Assembly (NCBI GenBank): GCA_951406725.2
Contig: OX597815.1
Location: forward strand, 133,610,001 to 133,674,000
DNA: 64,000 nt
Origin: Octopus vulgaris
Lineage: Eukaryota
Direction of reading: 5' to 3'
Positions within the stretch are counted from its first letter, which is position 1. Every line of letters begins with the position of its first letter. Positions 13,103-26,429 of the stretch are shown here, one piece after another. Under the pieces are notes generated by a model, which saw nothing but the letters and a program-made list of their open reading frames with translations, searched no databases and had not been told where the DNA came from. The translations under genes and the position numbers were made by a program.

Positions 13103-16100
13103 GTAAGATGATAGATACTTGTGATCATCTTCAAACAATGTCAGTTGTAACAGATTTATAGATGATTCTTTGAAAAAATTTTCGTGTGTTGGCCAATTTT
13201 TCAGGAAATTTATTTCCCAAGATTAAAGGAGTAAAAAGATGATCTTGAAAGTATGTCATAGATTAAATATATACTGTCCTGAAAATTTGCCAGAAATATA
13301 ATATATGGATCCCAATTGTACATTCAAGCATTTCAATTATATTGCAAAAGTTCTTGAAAAATATACATCAAGTAAATTATACTGTCCTCAAAATATACTT
13401 TGATAAAAATTGACTTGGAAATATATATAACCATATAAAATATATTGTCCTGAAAATATTCATCAGGTAAATTATATTATTTTGAAAATATAAATTAAAT
13501 GAAATATATATTTTCTGTAAAATTTACAACAAATACATTATACTTATAAGTAAAATTCAACTGAAATTATTTCAATATTTTTTTTTTTTAATTAAGTAAC
13601 TTTGTATTTTATGTTTGTTTTAATGAATTAAGGTAGTTATGTCAGTTAATGGATATATTCTGATATTTATGTTGAACATATTTTACTTTAAGAAAGTTAT
13701 TTAAAAGAGATTATAATTAGTGAAGAGTGTTATAGTGTTGACAAAATGCCGTTATAAATCCCACTAATTATACCTACAAAAATGAACTTTTTTGCCCAGA
13801 CGAATCTATAAATTAGATTGATCATATGTCCTGAAAATATTCAAAGTAAATAAATAGTAGTTTAGTTTTATTATGATTGATCTCCTACAGTAAAAATATG
13901 TAATTTCTTGACTGTCAAAATCTATTACTTGATTTGTGAAGATTTTCTTTCGAATGGCCTTATACAAAATCATATTGTAAAAAATAAGAAAATAATCATG
14001 CTTTTCTATCTGTTAGTCTGATATCTAAAATATTGCACAGCGTGATACTTGGGAAAATTATCAGTTATTACTGTGTTACATATTCTCCAGATGGCATATA
14101 CCATTTGTTTAATGTAAAGTTTTATTTCATTATATTTATTTTATATCTTCTCAGTTACTAAAATTGTAATGAATCCTTTAAACAAATATTTTTACAATGT
14201 CCGTATAGAAATTTCTAGAAATTTGTGTTTGCTTCGTCTTCAATTTTTTTTGCCTGTTTTCCCTGTACAGCAACACTGACCAATACATGTGGAATATGCA
14301 GGTAAAAAAAATTTCACCCGCATGGATTGAATATTAGTGGAACATCAGTGTGTGTAGTTGTGTGACTAAACTGCAGCATGTCCACTTGTAAACCATCTTG
14401 CTTGATATTTGCCTTGCCCAGACTACTTCTGATTGTTGTTGTTGTTGTTATATAGTCCCAGGTCAGCCCTGAGCAAGCAGTCACTTTCACCTTACTGCCT
14501 TGCCCGGCTGCATCTCTTTCTCTGTCTTTCTACCTCTTTCTCTCCCTCTTTCTTTCTGTATACATATCTTTCTCTACCCTCTTCTTTTCTCTCACTTTAA
14601 CAATCTGTGTTGTATATATAATTCTGTCATGGTTGTATATATTTGTTAAAATAAACACTTATGGTTTGTTTTGTTTTAAGTACCCCTTAGCTGTAAGGAA
14701 GGTAGCTTGAGACGCTGCATTTTTAATGTCTTTCCAAAGTGCATTAGCAATGTCAATAAAGTTGAATACTCACTAGAAACCTACTACTTCACCTTGCAAT
14801 CCACCACCTTCACTAAGGAAAATATTTTCCCTGAAATTTAACATTTATTTTAATGGAGTTTCACCCAAGGTGACAACACAAATATATAGAATCTTTTAAA
14901 GAGTTTATAATGGGAAACTAATTTCAACTGTGTTACTTCACTCTTGTCACTATGTGATTACATTTCTAATGAAATACTCAAGTGGAAGGATTTAGTAAAA
15001 TAATGAAAGTATTAATTAAGCAGGTGTTTGGAACATAAATTAATAAAAAGTTTTACATAAAAATTATGATACAAGGTTTTAATTTAAATACTGTAAATCA
15101 GCCAGTTTTATGCCTTATGGCACCAGTATTTGTTTCAGGCAAGTAGGTATTGTGTTAAAGAGTGGAATTGTCATTATTCACTTTTATGTTCAATGCTGTC
15201 TGTAATACAGCAATGTTATTCTACATGTTTCTGCACCTAACACAGCACCACTCATACACTAGGTTTTATACCTGTATCTCTTTCCTATTGTTAATTGTGG
15301 GTATAATGCTGAACTGCTATAGTTATTGTGATATCAGCTCTAAAATAGTTTTTCTGATCAATCTAAGTCTGTGTGCAGATATGTATGCATGCACATGCTT
15401 TTGTGTGTGTATGTGTGTGCACATGTGCATATTTGTGTTTAGGTTGGAACAAAATGAATCAGATGCATTGTTTTCTTTCCTTTATCTGTTTTTTTTTTTT
15501 TTAACGTTTGAATACAAAGCCTACTGATGTTTATTTCGACACTAAAAACAGAAGCATCTTTTTTAGCTACAAAAAGAATAGGAGTGTTATTTAAAATTCT
15601 GTAAACATATCTGAATATAAAGAAATCAACCTTTTCTTATTTTCTGGCACAAAAATGACAAGCTAGTTTGTGAAGTCATCTCATTAAGTTTTATATTGTA
15701 TCAGTGAGACAGACTAATGAATCTTCATCTAATACTTGAGATTGAGCTTGTTTCTTTTGCTCAAGTCCCTGTTTTATTCATCTGAAGCATTGATTAATTA
15801 AATGTGGTTGTTATTATTTAGCCATGAGGTTGTGTGGTTAGGGGGTTCAGCTTGGTATGATTAGGATGTGAGTTCAATTCCTGGACCAGGCAGTGTGTTA
15901 TGTCCTTGAGCAAGGTACTTTATTTCACATTGCTCCAATCTATTCAGCTGCAATAAGTACCAGCTGAGTGCTAGTGTAGCCCCCTTTTCTTCCATCTGCC
16001 ACATTTTGTGTGTGTCTGCTCATGATTACATAGGAATCCAAAACAATTATTGAAAGTATGGTACATGCTACCAAACCAGGACTTGGTTGTGAGTGTCAGC

Positions 16101-18746
16101 TGGTGGTACCTTATTATTTAGCACCAGGTCAACTTTGATCAAACAGACCTATAACAGAAGTCATTTCATTCTGGAATGAAATAATCGGGTGTGGCTCTTT
16201 TGATGCTGTCTTGTTAGTAATAAACTCTATCTTCTAAATGTTAAACTTTAGGACATGATGCCCTACAACAAAGATGAATTAATCATCAGTAGAAACAGTG
16301 ATTAAATGCTTTGTTTGATTAATTACCCTACTGTCATGGGTTATCTCAAGCAGAACTTAACTGCAGTTGTTCATTAGCAACAAATGATGAATGTAAAGCA
16401 ATAAAGAAAAATATATAGTTTTCTTTTTTTGTATCTGAATTAAGATTTTATCATATGAAACATTATCATATGAACACAATCAATGAAGAAAATAATAATT
16501 TAGTTATAGTTACTCTGCTGTAATAATATATTGTAGCCAGAGAGACTAGACTGTTGATGAGTCCAGTCTCTTGGAAATTATGAAACTTACTGAGGTTGAT
16601 TAAGTTTGTAATCCTTCACAAATCAAAATCCAAAATAGATTTTAAACAAATCATATCTTGTAGAGTTTTCGTTTTTAGAATTTTTTTTATCATTCTCAGT
16701 ACATTATTAACTAACTCCTTGGCATCCATGTATTTCCTCCTAATTGATGAGGTACTTCCCTCAGTATTACACTTCTCTCAGCAGAGGAGCTGCGTTATGT
16801 GAGTTACTTGGTGACCTCACTGGTGCTGGTGCCACATGAAAAGCACCTAGTACATTCTGTAAAGTGGTTGGTGTTAGAAAGGGCATCGAGTCATAGAAAC
16901 TATGTCAAGGCAAACACTGAAGCTTGGTGCAATCCTCTGGCCCACTACTTCCGATCAAACTGTCCAATCCATATCAGCATGGAAAAATAGACATCAAATG
17001 GTAATGATGATCATAATAACTTTTGATATAAGGCATTGAATCTAAGATTTTAAAGTGAGAACTTGGATCTTCATAAAGCGAAAGAGTTTATACGTGTAAA
17101 ATCACCTATCCAACAATATACAAATGTCAGCATTTGCAACAAAAACTACCTCCTTGACTTTTAGTATGAAAAAAAATGGATAAGAAGCAGTACAAAGACA
17201 AATGTCGTAGAAATATTTGAAATATTTCATTGTCAAAACAGCTACTGACAATATAGTTTGCTGAAATACACTCTACATGAAAGCTTTGTTCACATATGTA
17301 GGATTCTGTGCGCGCGTGCACACACACACACACACTCTCTCTCTTCTGCAGTGTATTTTTTTTAAAAATGTCAACTGCTATATTGGCAAGTCATTATTCA
17401 TCAACACTTTACAGTTATGATATAGTTGTGCCCTCTCTTTTCTATGGCTTCAACATCAATCTTTGTCTCTGATCTTGCTTAGCATATATATATATATACA
17501 TATATATGGAATCACCACCAGCCTACACTCGTTGCAAACAATTGATTCAAATGAGGAGTGGGAAGAAATATAAATAAATGGAAAATTTAAAGTCTTTTTT
17601 TTTTAAGTGAAAACTAACAAAGAGCCAATGATCATGAAAATCACTTCATTAAAGATAAGGCCTTAGATTCATGGGAAGGAGAGGGAGTAGGGGTCAAGGG
17701 TGGGGTGAATTTAAAATTGTAGTAGTAATTATCTTTTCCAATGATATCAGCTGAATGACTAAAGTCAGATCTCAATAAAAATAGAAATTGGATCAATGGC
17801 CTCCAGTTGCCAAGAGTTTGCTCTGACCCTGTTTTTCTCATTTATAGTGTGTGTATACAATTCTCCACTGCCATCTTCTCTCCTTTTCTAGCTGGGATAG
17901 CCACTACAGCATGACACCTGTTCCTACCTTTCTATCATATTCTTGCTTCTCAGCATCTGGCATAAACCACCCCCCGCAATACTACACTTCCTCTCAAAGG
18001 GTCTTGTCATTGCAAGCTGCCTGGTGACTTTACTGGTGCTGGCAAGAGACACACACACACACGCACACACACACACAGTATATTCTGTAAAGTTACTGGT
18101 ATTAGGAAAGGTTTCCAACTGTAGAAACAATGCCAAAACACATTGGGACTTGATGCAGTCCTCTAACCTGTTGAGCCCCATCAAACCATGCATAGAATAT
18201 GGATGCTAAATAACGATGATTTTATTGTGTACAGTAATAAGTCAAGTAAAGACAGCTATCAATGATAACCAAAAATGCATGCACAGCACACAGAATAAAG
18301 CACAAAACAGAAAAGTGAACAGTAAAAGAGCCATAAAAGGGAAAAGGTATGTAGATACATGAGGAATTTCAAGAAGCATGGAATTTTTGAATGATGTCTG
18401 TATGGATTTTATGGAACCCTTAGAATATATATATATATGGTAAATGAGAGATAGAAGATACAAGAATTCTTATTAATCATTACAATTGTTTTGGCACATC
18501 TAGTATCAATCCCTCATAGGTGGGATACTTAGCTACTGGTTCAGGAGCATCTGATGGTGCAGATGGGTTTCTTCGAGTGATAGATATAACTCGGTAAAAC
18601 AACAGTTCTGCTACGTATCTTCTCATTTCATGTAAAGAAAAGCAGCAAATTAAAGGATATAGCTTCGTTAATATAGAAGATCAATAATAAAATAACAGAT
18701 GCAGAAAAACAAACAAACAAACAAGCACACAATATAACAGAAAAAG

Positions 18747-18779
<33 letters not shown>

Positions 18780-20459
18780 ACACACACACACATGCATACA
18801 TCATTTTGTTTCAGTAGAATGCCACAAGTTCTCTAAGACTTTTTTTTTTAGACTATCCCTCTAGTACACAGTCTCACATGAACCTACTTTTATGAAGCAC
18901 TTTGGTCTTTAGTATTATAACAGGAGGTAATTGTCAGAATTGTTCGTGCTAGTTAGAATGCTTCATAGTATTTGTTCCCATTTTCTGTGTTCTGAGTTCA
19001 AATTCCATCAAGGTTCACTTTGCCTTTCAACCTTTAAGAGTTGATTTAAAAAATTTCCAATTTTGAATGTGGACAGGTGGAAATTTAATTGTATTTGGTT
19101 TGACTGTTCTCTGAGTTCAGATCCTGCCATGGCCTATTTTGATAGTAGTTAATCCTTCACCTGATTTAGCTCCACCTCTTGGCACTTTAGGTACCTTAAG
19201 CAGAGTCCATTCTGTTGCAAGCATTTCAGCCAGACCTCCAGTGTGAGGATACCCTTATTTATATGTGACATCTGCTCTGTGTATTTATGATTTTTAATTT
19301 AAAACAAAAATATTTTCAACATTTGTATAGTTTATTTGATAAATATCTTCTGTGACCTATAGTGGTTTTACCTCAAGTCGTTTTTTTTTCCTGTTATGTG
19401 CATATCTGAGGTAAATAATTTGCTGGGAATGTTAATTTGATCTTTCATCATTTGTGATAGTTTATCAAGTTAGTGGCAATAATGTATTAACAACCAATAA
19501 CAACAATTTCTAGTTAATAGTAACTATTTAATGGCAGTTAGCAACAACATATTAACAGCCAATAACAATATATATTTTAAGTCAATAGCAACAATATATT
19601 AAACAGCTAATTGCAACAAAATTTCACCAGGCAAAAGTAATGATATATTAACAGTCAGTAGCAACAAGATTGCGTTGGGAAAAATGAACAGCAAAGTATA
19701 TAAGGCTTTGCTGTGTTGGATTGACATCAGCTGATAAGCATCTCAACAAACGAGTAATCAGTGCATAGGGTATCGGAAAAACCTATCAGTTGATTGTTAG
19801 ACTTGTGACAGGCATGCAACATCTTGTAAATGTGAGATAGCATATGAGAGAGAGAGAGAGAGAGAGATTATATACATGGTTTCCTAAAAACATCATCTAC
19901 TTTTCTTATGTTGAACACGAGTGGAGTTTTGTAAATTTTTGCATGTTAAGGTTGTTGCTGATGTGATTATTGTTGTTAATTTGTCTGCTGATGTTGTCTG
20001 TATTCAATCCAAAATATTTCCAAGAATCCTTTCTGCTCTTTTACCTCAGGATTTATTCAATAAAAAAAAATAACTATTGTATTAACCACCTGTATTATAC
20101 AGGTTTCTATGTTCTACCTTAAGTGCTTTCTGAATTATTGGATTTTAATATTATCATTATAATTACCATTATTATTATTATTATTACATCTGACTTGAGC
20201 ATGAAGCCAGCATTTTTTAAGGGAAGTACAACGCCAGTACTTGACTAGTACTTTATTTTATCAACTCTCAAAAGGGTGAAAGGCGAAGTTGACCTTAATG
20301 GGATTTTCCAGTTGCTTTTTACATTCTGAGCTGAAACCCAATTGAGGTCAACTTTGTCTTTCATCCTTATAGGGTTGGTAAAGTAAAATAGTCATTAAAT
20401 ACTGGGGTCAATATTATCAACTAGTTCACTGCTTTTAAAATTGCTGGCCTTGCGCCAAA

Positions 20460-20492
<33 letters not shown>

Positions 20493-21267
20493 GGTGTTGT
20501 TAAATTTGTTGTTTGTTCTTTCACTTAACTACACACATTTTACAAGTGCATTATTTTTTGAACTTTTGATTTGAGTAAAATAAGCATAACAAAATAACTT
20601 TTGTTGGAAGCTGATTTTGATTACATAACCTGCACAAGCATGTGTGATTTCAAGCAGGGTTAACCAGGATAACTTCCATCTCATTCTTTACCCTATAACA
20701 GATGACAGTGAATAGATTTCAACTTCATTAAGGACTCAAGTCACTTTAAGTCACTAAAAAGCATGTGATAGGATTGACTTGACATAAGTCTCTCAAATGA
20801 AATTGCAGGCCAGTCATTAGGCACTGGATTGTTGCTTTGAGCATGACATCTACACAGAATGAATAGGTCGACTGAAGTATCCATCATCATTTTAATGTCA
20901 ACTTTTCCATGCTTGCATGGGTTGGAAGATTTTGTTGAGGCAGCTGTTCTATAACTGGATGCCTACTCTATCACCAACCCTCATTTGCTTTCAAGTAAGG
21001 AATATTTCCACATGGCCAGATGTGTTTTTTGCAGAATATTGGATATGAATGCCATTCATTTCCAATAATTATGCAATGTTAACAGAAACACACATACATA
21101 CACCACTACGAAAATTTAACCTTTTAGGCTACTTTCAAGCCTTCGCCATAACTTGATTTATCTTTCCTATCTCTCTCTCTACGAAATTTAACCTTAGGCT
21201 ACCTCAAGCCGTAATCCCATCTTTTCCCATCTTTCCACCATCGGCGGTGCGCCCACCCCCACCCCCA

Positions 21268-21382
21268 CCACCAATACCGATGAACACTGTTCTCACCCCC
21301 ACCACCAATACCGGTGAACACTGTTCTCACCGCCACCACCAATACCGGTGAACACTGTTCTCACCCCCACCACCAATACCAG
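21268..21382 (+). repeat. 33-bp tandem repeat (x~3.5) in the LINE 5' region
   Basis: ACCACCAATACCGGTGAACACTGTTCTCACCCCC repeated. Confidence 0.85.
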
Positions 21383-21863
21383 TATACCCTGTTCTCACCA
21401 TCTACACCAGATACGCCCTACTCATCTACACCGGATACGCCCTACTCCCTCCTCCTCCCCCCACTACCCCTTCTCCTCATATGCTTTCACTGTGAAAAGA
21501 CAAGCTGCTAGTGCCATAGCTCATCAACTGCCCACCGATCTTACGCTTCCTCCTGACACTGCCTCAATCCGACCATCCCCTTTTAGTACCCTCCCGCCTC
21601 GTAATATCCTACGTTTTTATTTCTTACGAACCTACACCAACCCTTCCTGCCATCGTTCCTCCTTACCCCAACCTTCCCCACTGGTTGCTCCCCTATATTA
21701 CCCGCCTCAACTGGACCCCCCTCCCCAACTCAACTCTAGAATATCTGTATTTCTTTCCTCTACCTAATTACGTTACTCAGTGACGATAACGAATGTCCAC
21801 TGCTAACACCAGCTCCTACCCACGGCGTGGTCAGGTTGGAAGAGAGATCAAAAGAAAAATACC

Positions 21864-24800
21864 ATGAAAACTATCACCACCACAACAACCCTCCTCTTCT
21901 CAGGCGCCGAATCCCCCCGTCCCCCCCACATCTCCTTCCCAGTTTTCAGAGTTGGCACTATCAATGTTGGTACATTGACAGGCAAGTCTAGTGAGATTGT
22001 AGAGATGCTAGAGAGAAGACAGGTTGATGTATGCTGCATACAAGAGGTAAGATGGAGAGATGCTTCGGCTAGGGTCCTCACGGGCAAGGCACTTAGGTAC
22101 AAACTCTACTGGCAAGGTAACGCGGAAGGTGTAGGGGGTGTAGGCATTCTCCTTGCGGAGGAATGGGTGGATAAGGTCATAGAGGTTGTCAGGGTTTGTG
22201 ATAGAGTGCTTAAGCTCAGGTTGGTCCTACAGAGTGGCACAGCTATGATTATCTCAGCCTATGCCCCACAAGCGGGACTACCAAATGATCAGAAGGACAA
22301 CTTTTATGATACCCTTCTGCAGGCTACTTCAAAGACTAGTAACAAGGACCTCATCTTTGTAGGTGGAGATTTTAATGGGCATGTTGGGCGGGAATCGGGT
22401 ATCTTCACTGGGGTACATGGTGGCTATGGTATTGGCACCAGAAATGATGAGGGAACTAGACTGCTGGAATTCTGTGATGCATGTAACCTTTCAATCTGCA
22501 ACACTAACTTCAAGAAGCCAGTCTGCCACCTTATAACTTATCAGTCATGAGACTCCGCTAGCCAAATAGACTTCATCCTCACCAGACAACGGGATGCAGG
22601 GTTGCTCTTGAATACAAAGACCCTCCCGGGTGAAGAATGTATCCCTCAGCATAGACTAATCATCAGTGACTTTAAGCTTGAGGCCAGAAGGACTCCAAGA
22701 AACAAACCAATCCAGAAAAGAAGGATTTGGAGGCTAAAGAACCCTTCGCATGGTCAGAAATTTAGGGACATACTCATCAAGAAATTTGATGAGAGGGAGG
22801 AGGAGCTTCAGACGTCAGACATAGAAGGTAGCTGGGAATTCCTACGGGACAGCTTGCTGAGTGCCACAGACCAAGTCTGTGGATGGTGCAAAGTCCCTTC
22901 CAGACCTAGAATTACGTGGTCGTGGAATAGTGCAGTAGATAAAGCCATCTGTGAAAAGAGACGGGCCTGGAAAGCCTGGAAGGATGGGGGCAGCAGGGAA
23001 CTGTACCAGATAGCCAAAAGGGAGGCTGGGCGGCAGGTATACATTGCCAAAGATGTAGCAGAAAAGAAGAAGTTTGCCAATGTCCAGCGTCGCGAGGATC
23101 AAAGAGCTGAAGTATTTCGGATTGCCAGACAGTGTGTCAGAGAAAATAGCGATGTTATAGGAGAGAAATGTGTCCGCATGGATGATGGGGCACTTGCTTT
23201 TACTACTAGTGAAAAGAAAGAGGCTTGGAGAAGCCATTATGAAAGACTGCTGAATGAGGAGAATGAATGGGAGGAGGAGAGCCTGCCAAATGTTGACCCA
23301 GTAGAGGGACCAGCTACCCGAATAGACAGCTCCCTTGTAGATAAGGCAATTAAGGATATGAAACCAGGCAAAGCCCCTGGCCTATCAGGAATCACTGCTG
23401 AGATGCTTAAAACAGCTGGCTATGTGGGCTATGCCATAGTCACCCGCATTGTAAACCAGGTAGTTCACAATGGAGTCATACCCAATGACTGGTGCAGCAG
23501 CACCATAGTCAACTGCTACAAGGGTAAGGGTGATGCTCTAGATAGAAATAACTACAGAGGTATCAAACTGTTGGACCAGGTGATGAAGGTCTCAGAGAAG
23601 GTCATAACCAATCTCATTAGGGAGAGAATTTGTTTAGATGAAATGCAGTTCGGTTTTGTACCAGGTAGAAGCACCACTGATGCTATATTCCTGGTCCGAC
23701 AACTGCAGGAGAAGTACCTAGCTAAAGATAAACCCCTCTACATAGCTTTTGTAGACTTGGAGAAAGCCTTTGACAGGGTTCCCCGTTCCCTTATCTGGTG
23801 GTCGATGCGGAAACTGGAGATTGAAGAATGGCTAATAAGGGCTGTACAGGCTCTATACAGAGAGGCTGTCAGCAAGGTTAGGATTGGCAACGAATATAGT
23901 GAAGAATTCCGGGTAGAAGTAGGTGTGCACCAGGGCTCAGCCCTCAGTCCCCTTTTATTCATCATAGTCCTTCAGGCAATAACAGAGGAATTCAAAACGG
24001 GATGCCCCTGGGAGCTCCTCTATGCCGATGACCTAGCTCTCATAGCAGAATCACTACCGGAACTAGAAGAGAAATTTCGGGTGTGGAAGCAAGGGTTGGA
24101 ATCAAAGGGCCTTAGAATAAATGTAGCAAAGACCAAAGTATTAGTAAGCAGCAAGAGGTACTCAGCACACATCCCCTCGGGTAGGTGGCCCTGCTCAACC
24201 TGTAGGAAAGGTACAGGTAGAAACTCCATAAGATGCACCCAATGTAAGTTATGGACACATAAGAGGTGCAGCAACATTAAAGGGAAATTAACAGATAAGA
24301 TAGCTTTCATGTGCGGCAGATGCACAGGGACAATAGACACAACAGACACTCAGAAAACAGATTCCATCACACTCCAGGGAGAGAAACTAGAAGTAGTTGA
24401 TAGTTTCCGCTACCTGGGAGACCAAGTTAGTAGCGGAGGTGGATGCACAGAGAGTATCACCACTAGAATACGAATAGCCTGGGCAAAGTTCAGAAAGCTC
24501 CTACCCCTACTGGCAACAAAAGGTCTCTCCCTCAGAGCAAAAGGTAGATTGTATGATGCATGTGTGCGAACTGCCATGCTTCACGGTAATGAAACATGGG
24601 CTGTGACTGCAGAAGACATGCGTAGACTTGAAAGAAATGAAGCTAGCATGATCCGCTGGATGTGTAGTGTCAGTGTGCATGCAAAACAGAGTGTAAGTAT
24701 CCTGAGAGAAATGCTGGATATAAGAAGCATCAGATGTGGTGTGCAAGAGCGACGCTTGCGATGGTATGGTCATGTGCTGCGGATGGATGAAGAGAGATGT

Positions 24801-25094
24801 GTGAAGAAATGCCACTCCCAAACAGTTGAAGGTATCAGGGGGAGAGGTAGACCCAGGAAGACATGGGATGAGGTGGTCAAGCATGACCTCAGAGCATTGG
24901 GCCTCACTGAGGCAATGGCGAAGGACCGAGATCTCTGGAGATATGCTGTGACTACAAAGACCCGGGCTGCTTTCTGCAGCAATTCCACATACCCCCTACC
25001 CATTCTAAGTACCCCGGATCCCCAAAGTACCCTGGATCCCCAAAGTACCCCGATCCCCAAAGTACCCCGGACCTCGATGCCCCCGTGCCGCTGA
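21864..25094 (+). pseudogene. RTE ORF: AP endonuclease + reverse transcriptase (YADD) + internal PHD-like finger; one in-frame TGA at 22548-22550
   Basis: APE motifs GTINVGTL, CIQE, SAYAPQ, GDFNGHVG, QIDFIL; RT motifs KAPG, NYRGI, QFGF, FVDLEKAFD, GVHQGSALSP, YADD, FRYLG. ORFs 21864-22550 and 22602-25094 share one frame. Confidence 0.92.
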
Positions 25095-25335
25095 CACGTT
25101 AAAATGCTCGAACCGATCGTGACGATGCCGGACCCTCCGGCCCCTGTGCAGGTGGCACGTAAAAAGCACCCAATCCACTCACGGAGTGGTTGGCGTTAGG
25201 AAGGGCATCCAGCCGTAGAAACTCTGCCAGATTCAGACTGGAGCCTGGAGCGGCCCCTGGCTTCCCAGACCCGGTCGAACCGTCCAACCCGTGCTAGCGC
25301 GGAAAGCGGATGTTAAATGATGATGATGATGATGA

Positions 25336-25387
<52 letters not shown>

Positions 25388-25525
25388 TTAATAAGGGTGA
25401 GAGAATTAGATACTAATTTAATAACAGTCGTACTGGCTTTCATGGGAAACATGTATTTTCGTGGTTGAAACCTTTTGGATTAACTGGTGCTAGAGTGATC
25501 AATATAGTGACCACTCTCTTATATT

Positions 25526-25570
<45 letters not shown>

Positions 25571-25572
25571 TA

Positions 25573-26382
25573 CAAGGTGCAATGGGTAAATTGTCGCCAT
25601 TTTATATTTTTTATTTCGTGCATGTGCATTGTTTGTTTTTGATTTTGTTGACTACACAGTATAGTAGGGTCAGTTGGGCACTGTCTGTGAGAGAAACAGC
25701 ACCATGATGCAAGTCACTATTCAAGAAATTTGGAAATGACATGTTGTACTGTTTGGCATTTATGTCAGAAGGTCCAATATGAACAGATGGTGAACACAGA
25801 ACAACTGAGTGATAAAAATCAAACATCCAGTCAACATCATGGTGTTTGGAGTGATGGTGATGTTATGCCTCCATTCATTTTCCCACACAGCCTCAGACTT
25901 AAGTGCCTGGAGGAAGTAGTGCTGCTCTGGGTCAAGAGGGTGGCTGTGGAAGACCCTATGTCTGGCAACAGGACTCTGCACCATGCCACACAAGCAGGAG
26001 AACCTAGTCATGGCTGTCAGACAATTTCTGCGACCACATCACCCCTAACTCCCCAGACTGCAACCCCCTTGGTTATTATGTGTGGGGTGCAGTTGAGCGA
26101 GAGAGCAACAAAACTTCTTGTAACACCAAAGATGAACTGAAGGCAAGGATTATGGCAGCATTCACCAACTTAAACAAGAAGATTGTCCAGAAAAGTTGCA
26201 GGAAATTCCAAAATCATCTGGAGGCCATGGTTGAAGCCAATGGTGATTTTATTGAATAAATTTACTCTTTAGTATTTCAAGATATTTTTATGTAATTTTG
26301 GTAAATATATCTGTTAAAATAAGATATCAGTGTTATTTTCATTTTTGTGTAATTTAGATCACTGTTTATTCACCACACCCTG
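25573..26382 (+). mobile_element. Internally deleted Tc1/mariner-superfamily element, maT (D,D37D)-like
   Basis: Degenerate TIRs CAAGGTGCAATGGGTAAA / CAGGGTGTGGTGAATAAA after TA; transposase C-terminal remnants SDGDVMPPFIFPH, WQQDSAPCH, SPDCNPL.YYVWG, LEAMVEANGDFIE*. Confidence 0.8.
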
Positions 26383-26392
26383 TGTGTGTGTA

Positions 26393-26429
<37 letters not shown>

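Larger units (their letters stand above)
21105..25337 (+). mobile_element. Near full-length RTE-clade LINE in sense orientation within the last PAWR intron
   Basis: C-rich 5' region with 33-bp tandem repeats, single APE-RT reading frame, structured 3' UTR and (GAT)n tail. The 5' boundary is approximate and no TSD is visible. Confidence 0.92.

Noticed and set aside
17860-17900. Strong acceptor (ctctccttttctag) in the PAWR intron
   Set aside because: Lies in an old repeat body and gives an immediate stop (LG*), with no supporting donor.
21348-21767. Pro-rich 139-aa ORF as a LINE ORF1
   Set aside because: Explained by C-rich low-complexity 5' sequence and tandem repeats; no ORF1 domain motifs.
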